DNA of 57,008 nucleotides, taken from contig CAXHJY010000537.1 of NCBI GenBank assembly GCA_964016885.1, positions 1-57,008 of the forward strand. Direction: 5' to 3'. The notes under the pieces are model-generated. The model searched no databases. It was not told the origin of the DNA and saw only the letters and a program-made list of their open reading frames with translations. This document shows, in pieces, positions 47,150-57,008 of this stretch; position 1 is the first letter of the stretch, and the number at the start of each line of letters is the position of its first letter. The translations under genes were made by a program, and so were the position numbers. Origin of the DNA: Eledone cirrhosa (taxonomy: Eukaryota).

Positions 47150-47641
47150 GTATATATATATATGTATATATATATGTATATATATATATGTATATATATA
47201 TATGTATATATATATGTATATATATATATGTATATATATATATGTATATAATATATGTATATATATATATGTATATATATATGTATTATATATATATGTA
47301 TATATATATATGTATATATATATGTATATATATATATGTATATATTATATGTATATATATATGTGTATATATGTATATATATATATTGTATATTATATGT
47401 GTGTATATATGTATATATATATGTAGTATATATATATATGTGTGTATATATGTATATATATATATGTATATATATATATATGTGTATATATATATGTATA
47501 TATATATGTGTATATATATATGTGTATATATATATGTATATATATATGTGTATATATATGTGTATATATTATGTGTATATATATGTGTATATATTATGTG
47601 TATATATGTGTATATATATATGTATATGTATATGTGTATAT

Positions 47642-47673
<32 letters not shown>

Positions 47674-47795
47674 GTGTATGTATATATATATGTGTATTAT
47701 GTATATGTATATGTGTATATATATTATATGTATATGGTATATGTATATATATATATATGTGTATATGTATATGTATATGTGTATATATGTGTATG

Positions 47796-47828
<33 letters not shown>
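45446..47828. repeat. (TA)n tract with TGTGTATG/TGTA interruptions
   Basis: Direct inspection; all overlapping long ORFs are artefacts. Confidence 0.98.
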
Positions 47829-47998
47829 TGTTATACTGTGGTAGGGTCATGTTGCCAATAAGAAACACACGCACCAGTTGCTTCACTTCAATTTATTATA
47901 TATTTATAAATTCATAAATTTACAAATCTACAAACTTATAAATTATAAATTTCTGGTTGGTTGGTTGGTTCCACAACCAGATAGTTGTTTATATATAT

Positions 47999-48043
47999 AG
48001 TCATAGTCCTTTCGTCACACACTCTGTGACCTCTTCAGTGACT
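47999..48043 (-). ncRNA. Minimal type I hammerhead ribozyme motif in a ~290-bp island
   Basis: Minus strand: AGUCA-CUGAAGA-G-GUCAC-AGAGUGU-GUGAC-GAAA-GGAC-UA-UGACU. Perfect 5-bp stems I and II, one extra G after A9, near-palindromic stem III. Confidence 0.72.
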
Positions 48044-48077
48044 GGGGATTCCCTTCTTCGTTTCTGTGCCTTTTCTT

Positions 48078-48116
48078 TCTTCTATCCTACGCCATTTTGT
48101 GGCGTAGGATAGAAGA
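48078..48116. other. Perfect 17-bp fold-back at the island edge
   Basis: TCTTCTATCCTACGCCA-TTTTG-TGGCGTAGGATAGAAGA. Confidence 0.92.
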
Positions 48117-48312
48117 TATAAATATATATACATATATATATATATACATATATATATGTATATATATATATGTACATATGTATATTTATATATATATATA
48201 TGTATATATATTTATATATATATGTATATTTATATATATATATGTATATATATTTATATATGTATATATATATATATATGTATATTTATATATATATATA
48301 TGTATATATATT

Positions 48313-48344
<32 letters not shown>

Positions 48345-48378
48345 TGTATATTTATATATATATATATCTATATATATT

Positions 48379-48427
<49 letters not shown>

Positions 48428-48515
48428 GTATATTTATATATGTATATATGTAATATATATTTATATATGTATATATATATATGTATATATATATGTATAT
48501 ATATATATGTATATT

Positions 48516-48546
<31 letters not shown>

Positions 48547-49528
48547 GTATATTTATATATATATGTATATTTATATATATATATGTATATATATTTATAT
48601 ATATATATGTATATATATGTATATATATATATGTATATATATATATGTATATATATATATGTATATTTATATATATATATGTATATTTATATATATATAT
48701 GTATTATATTTATATGTATATATATATATGTATATTTAAATATATATATGTATATATATTTATATATATATATGTATATTATGATTATATATATATGTAT
48801 ATGTATATATGTATATATATATATATGTATATATATATATGTATATATATATGTATATTTATATGTATATATGTATATATATATATGTATATATATATAT
48901 GTATATTTATATATGTATATATATATATGTATATATATATATGTATATATATATATGTATAATGTATATATATATGTATATAGATATATATATATGTATA
49001 TATGTATATATGTATATATGTATATATGTATGTATATTTATATATATATATGTATATATATATATGTATATTATATATATATATGTATTATATATATATG
49101 TATATTTATATATGTATATTTATATATATATATGTATATATATATATGTATATTTATATATTATTTGTATATATATATATGTATATATATGTATATTAAT
49201 ATATATATATGTATATATATATGTATATTTATATATGTATATATTATATTTATGTATATATATTTATATATATATTGTATATTATTATATATTTGTATAT
49301 TTATATATGTTATATTATATATATATGTATATATATATATGTATATTTATATTTATATATATATATATATGTATATTTTATATAATTTATTTATATATAT
49401 ATATATTTATATATATTTATATATATATATGTATATATATATATGTGTATTATGTATATATATATATATGTATATATATGTTATATATATATTATTTGTA
49501 TTTATATATATATATATGTGTATATATG

Positions 49529-49559
<31 letters not shown>

Positions 49560-49580
49560 GTAGTATATATGTATTATATG

Positions 49581-49615
<35 letters not shown>

Positions 49616-49618
49616 GTG

Positions 49619-49688
<70 letters not shown>

Positions 49689-49899
49689 ATATATGTAATA
49701 TTATATATATGTAAATATTATATTATGTATATATATGTATATATATATATATATGTATATATATTATGTATTATAATATATATATATATGTATATATATA
49801 TGTATATATATATATGTATATATATGTATATATATATATGTATATATTATATATATATATATATGTATATATATATGTATATATATATATGTATATATG

Positions 49900-49934
<35 letters not shown>

Positions 49935-50115
49935 TATATTATATATATTTATGTATTATATATATATATTTATGTATATATGTATATATATATATTATAT
50001 ATATGTATATATTATATTATATGTATATATGTATGTATATATGTATTATATATATATATATGTATATATATGTATATATATTATGTATATATATATATTA
50101 TGTATTATATATATG

Positions 50116-50147
<32 letters not shown>

Positions 50148-50165
50148 TATGTATTATTATTATAT

Positions 50166-50196
<31 letters not shown>

Positions 50197-50312
50197 TGTA
50201 TATATATATGTATTATATATATATGTATATATATATATATATTTATGTATATATATATATATGCATATTATATGTATATATATATGTATATATAGTATAT
50301 ATATATGTATAT

Positions 50313-50347
<35 letters not shown>

Positions 50348-50619
50348 GTATATATATTGTATATATTTATGTATATATATATGTATATATATATATATGT
50401 ATATATATATGTATATATGTATATATATATGTATATATATATTATATGTATATATTTATGTTTATATATTATGTATATATATATATGTATTATATTATAT
50501 GTATATATGTATATATATATGTATATATGTATATATATATGTATATATTTATGTATATATATATGTATATGTATATATATATATATGTATATATATATGT
50601 ATATATGTATGTATATATG

Positions 50620-50650
<31 letters not shown>

Positions 50651-50794
50651 GTATATATGTATATATATATGTATATGTATATATATATATATGTATATGT
50701 ATATATATATTTATGTATATATGTATATGTATATATATATTATATATATGTATATATATATGTATATATGTATATATATATGTATATATATATG

Positions 50795-50827
<33 letters not shown>

Positions 50828-50845
50828 GTATATATATATGTATAT

Positions 50846-50877
<32 letters not shown>

Positions 50878-51480
50878 GTATTATATATATGTATATGTAT
50901 ATATATGTATATATATATGTATATATATGTATATATTATGTATATATATATATATATATTATGTATATATATATGTATATATATATGTATATATATATGT
51001 ATATTTATATATGTATATATATATTATATGTATTATATATTGTATATATATATGTATATATATATGTATATATATATGTATATATATATATGTATATATA
51101 TATGTATATATATATGTATATATATATGTATATATATATGTATATATATATATATGTATATATATATGTATATATATATGTATATATATATGTATATATA
51201 TGATATATATATATGTATATGTATATATATATGTATATATATATGTATATATATATGTATATATATATGTATATATATATGTATGTTATATTAGTATATT
51301 ATATATATGTATATATATATATGTATATATATATATGTATATTTATATGTATATTATATATATGTATATATATATTATGTATATTTATATGTATATATGT
51401 ATATATATATAGTATATATATATATGTATATTTATATATGTTATATATATATATGTATATGTATATATTATATTGTATTG

Positions 51481-51530
<50 letters not shown>

Positions 51531-52045
51531 TGTATATTGTATATATGTATATATGTATATATGTATGTATTATATATATTTAATTATATATATATATATT
51601 ATATATGTATATTTATATATATATTTATATATATATATGTATATTTATATTATATATGTATATATTTATATGTATATATATATAGGTATATATATATATG
51701 TATATTTATATATATATATGTATATATATATATGTATATTTATATTATATATGTATATATTATATATGTATATATATGTATATTTATATATATATATGTA
51801 TATATATATGTAATATATATATATGTATATATATGTATATTTATATATATATATGTATATATATTTATATATATATATGTATATTTATATATGTTATTTA
51901 TATATATATATGTTATATATATTATATATATGTATATATATTTATATATATATATGTATATATATATATGTGTATATGTATTATATATATATGTATTATG
52001 TATAATTATATATATATGTATATTATATATATATGTGTATATATG

Positions 52046-52076
<31 letters not shown>

Positions 52077-52134
52077 GTTATACTTGTATATATATGTATA
52101 TTATATATATATGTATATATATATATATATATGT

Positions 52135-52175
<41 letters not shown>

Positions 52176-52485
52176 GTATATATATTTATATTTATATATA
52201 TGTATATATATGTATATATATTATATATTTATATATATATATATGTATATATATTTATATATATATTATGTATATATTATATGTATTTATATATATATAT
52301 ATATGTATATTATATATGTTATATATATATATGTATATATTATATATATATATATATATGTATTATATATATATGTATATATATGTATATATATATATTA
52401 TTATATATGTATTATATATATTTTATATGTATATATGTATATATTATATTTATATATATGTATATTATATTATATATGTATATAG

Positions 52486-52524
<39 letters not shown>

Positions 52525-52567
52525 GTATATATATATGTATATATAGATATATATGTATATATATATG

Positions 52568-52614
<47 letters not shown>

Positions 52615-52615
52615 G

Positions 52616-52664
<49 letters not shown>

Positions 52665-52746
52665 GTATATTTATATATGTATATATATATATATATTTAT
52701 GTATATATATATATGCATATATATGTATATATATATGTATATATAT

Positions 52747-52785
<39 letters not shown>

Positions 52786-53010
52786 GTTATATATATATAT
52801 ATGTATATATATGTATATATATGTTATATATATGTATATATATATGTATATATATATATGTATATATGTATATATATATGTATATTATATATGTATATAT
52901 ATATTATATGTATTTATATATATTGTATATATATATATATGTATATATGTATATTATATATGTATATATGTATATATGTATATATATATGTATATATGTA
53001 TGTATATATG

Positions 53011-53041
<31 letters not shown>

Positions 53042-53206
53042 GTATATATGTATATATATATGTATATGTATATATATATATGTATATGTATATATATATA
53101 TATGTATATATATATATGTTATATATTTATATATATATATATGTATATATATATGTATATTGTATATATATATGTATATATGTATTATATATGTATAATA
53201 TATATG

Positions 53207-53239
<33 letters not shown>

Positions 53240-54123
53240 GTATATATATATGTATATATATGTATATGTATATATATTATATATATATAGTATATATGTA
53301 TATATATATATATATGTATATATATATGTATATATTATGTATATATATATTATATATATGTATATATATATGTATATATATATGTATATGTATATGTATA
53401 TATATGTATATATATATATATATGTATATATATATGTATATATATATGTATATATATATATATATGTATATATATATGTAATATATATATGTATATATAT
53501 ATGTATTATATATATATATGTATATATATATGTATATGTATATATATATGTTATATATATGTATATATATATGTATATATATGTATAATATATGTATATA
53601 TATGTATATATATATGTATTATATGTATTATGTATATTATATATGTATATATATATGTATATTTATATGTATATATATATGTATATATATATGTATATAT
53701 ATATGTATATTAATATGTATATATATATATGTATATGTATGTATATATATATATGTATATATATATGTATGTGTATTTATATATATGTATATGTATGTGT
53801 ATATATATATATGTATATGTATATATATTATGTATATATATGTATATATATATATGTATATATATATGTATATATTTACGTATATATATGTATATATATA
53901 TGTATATATATGTATATATGTATATATATATATGTATATATATGTATATATTATGTATATATATATATGTATATATATATATGTATAATATATATGTATA
54001 TATATATATATGTTATATATATATATGTATATATATATATGTATATATATATATATGTATATATATATGTATATATATGTGTATATATATATGTATATAT
54101 ATTTTGTATATATATATAGTATG

Positions 54124-54154
<31 letters not shown>

Positions 54155-54322
54155 GTATATTTATATATATGTATATATATATATATGTATATATATATAT
54201 GTATATATATATATGTATATATATATATATGTATTTATATATATATGTATATATATATTATGTATATATATATATATGTATATATATATATGTATATATA
54301 TATATGTATATATATATATATG

Positions 54323-54371
<49 letters not shown>

Positions 54372-54372
54372 G

Positions 54373-54421
<49 letters not shown>

Positions 54422-54423
54422 GT

Positions 54424-54506
<83 letters not shown>

Positions 54507-54507
54507 G

Positions 54508-54589
<82 letters not shown>

Positions 54590-54639
54590 TATGTATATTA
54601 TATATGTATATATATATATATGTATATATTATATATATG

Positions 54640-54670
<31 letters not shown>

Positions 54671-54717
54671 GTATTATATATATATATAGTATATATATAT
54701 ATGTATATATATATATG

Positions 54718-54748
<31 letters not shown>

Positions 54749-55262
54749 GTATATTATATATATGTATATATATGTATATATATGTATGTATATATATATG
54801 TATATATATATGTATATGTATATATATATATATGTATATATATGTATATATATGTATATATATGTATGTATATATATATGTATATGTATATGTATATATA
54901 TATATATGTATATATATGTATATATATATATATGTTATGTATATATATATATGTATATGTATTGTATATATATATATATGTATATATATGTATATATATA
55001 TATATATATGTATATATATGTATATGTATATATATATATATGTATATTATATGTATATATATATATATATATATGATATATATATGTTATATATAAGTAT
55101 ATATATATATGTATATATATATGTATATATATATGTATATATGTATTATATAATATATGTATATATATATGTATATATATATGTATATATATATGTATAT
55201 ATATATATGTATATATATTATATGTATATATATATGTATATATATGTATATATATATATATG

Positions 55263-55294
<32 letters not shown>

Positions 55295-55500
55295 TGTATA
55301 TGTATATGTATATATATATGTATATATATATGTATATATATATGTTATATATATGTATATATATATGTATATATATATATGTATATATATGTATATATAT
55401 ATATGTATATTATATATATGTATATATATATATATACATATACATATATTATATGTATATATATATATGTATATTATATATATGTATATATATATATATC

Positions 55501-55547
<47 letters not shown>

Positions 55548-55560
55548 CATATATATGTAT

Positions 55561-55594
<34 letters not shown>

Positions 55595-55598
55595 ATAC

Positions 55599-55664
<66 letters not shown>

Positions 55665-55738
55665 ATACATATATATATATATATAAATATATATATATAT
55701 ACATATATATAATACATATATATGTATATATATATATG

Positions 55739-55769
<31 letters not shown>

Positions 55770-55773
55770 ATAC

Positions 55774-55845
<72 letters not shown>

Positions 55846-55849
55846 ATAC

Positions 55850-55916
<67 letters not shown>

Positions 55917-56062
55917 CTATACATATATATATACATATATATATATATACATATATACTATATATATATACTATATATACATATATATATACATATATAT
56001 ATATATACATACATATATACATACATATATATATATATTATATAATATATATACATACATAT

Positions 56063-56155
<93 letters not shown>

Positions 56156-56162
56156 TACATAC

Positions 56163-56209
<47 letters not shown>

Positions 56210-56400
56210 CATATATATATACATATATACTATATACATATATACATATATATATACATATATATATATATACAAATATATATATACATATATATATACA
56301 TACATATATATATACATACATATACATATATACATACATACACATATATAAGGCAAAGCACTATATACATATATACATATATATATACATACACATATAT
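48117..56400. repeat. ~8.3-kb degenerate (TA)n tract (TGTA-type switching to TACA-type near 55.4-55.9 kb)
   Basis: Direct inspection. Confidence 0.98.
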
Positions 56401-56407
56401 AAGGCAA

Positions 56408-56564
56408 AGCACTATGTGTCAATAATTGTCACAAGTGTAGTGTTTGTACCAGAGTTTTCAAGTCGCTGGCTGGACTAAAAAGTCACTCGTTCAGCGCATC
56501 GGTAGGGGTTCTCCTACATGGATATAAAGTAGTGGCCGTACTCGAAAACGAGTTGGCAGCCACC
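56408..56564 (+). mobile_element. 5'-truncated copy F of the RTE-derived element, followed by a (ATGT/GTGTAC) tail to ~56836
   Basis: Reverse complement of the 3' end of copy A, including the finger and terminal stem-loop. Confidence 0.85.
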
Positions 56565-56836
56565 ATATATGTGTGTGTACATATATATGTATATATGTGT
56601 GTGTGTACATGTGTATGTATATGTATGTGTGTGTACATATATATGTGTACATATATATGTATATGTATGTGTACATATATATGTATATGTGTGTGTACAT
56701 ATGTATGTATATGTGTGTGTACATAGATATGTATATGTGTGTACATATATGTGTATATATGTGTGTACATATATATGTATATGTTTGTGTGTACATGTGT
56801 ATGTATATGTGTGTGTACATGTATATGTATGTGTGT

Positions 56837-57008
56837 GACTGGCTTTGTGCAGTGCCTTTGCTCACTATAAAGCTTCACGGCACAGGTATTGCTTTATATC
56901 TGGAGATCTCTCTGCACTTGTCGTCACATGGTACCATGGGCCAAGCACTAAGTGTCAATAATTGTCACAAGTATAGTGTTTTGTACCAGAGTTTTCAAGT
57001 CGCTGGCT
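56837..57008 (+). mobile_element. 5'-truncated copy G of the RTE-derived element (runs off the window)
   Basis: Reverse complement of ~27070-27242; same orientation as copy F and placed at the end of its tail. Confidence 0.85.

Overview
Eukaryotic, gene-free, repeat-dominated window. The host is most likely an octopus or other coleoid cephalopod, inferred from the SINE families and the very long (TA)n tracts and not verified by search. About half of the window is degenerate (TA)n microsatellite (1-18.6 kb, 45.4-56.4 kb), and there are two minisatellites (42-bp pyrimidine unit at 23.7-26.0 kb; 60-72-bp unit with a palindromic core at 38.5-40.5 kb). Nearly all long ORFs in the track are repeat artefacts and I see no intact host gene. 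The unique islands are transposon relics: tRNA-derived SINEs of two families, an RTE LINE 3' end, a hAT MITE, mariner-end repeats and a Penelope-like (PLE) Cys-rich/GIY-YIG-linker fragment. The most interesting signals are four. (1) Several minimal type I hammerhead-ribozyme motifs lie in islands in or beside (TA)n tracts; one has a compensatory U3-A8 core and a palindromic stem III. (2) A ~610-bp internally deleted RTE-like element (5'UTR fused to a zinc-finger 3' end) forms a head-to-tail array joined by (TACA)n, and one copy shows a twin-priming-type 5' inversion. (3) A 3'-terminal stem-loop is present in three RTE-like families of different sequence. (4) Long fold-back palindromes are unusually dense, including a 99-bp hairpin whose only two mismatches are G-U. 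All calls are by eye; no folding or database searches were run.
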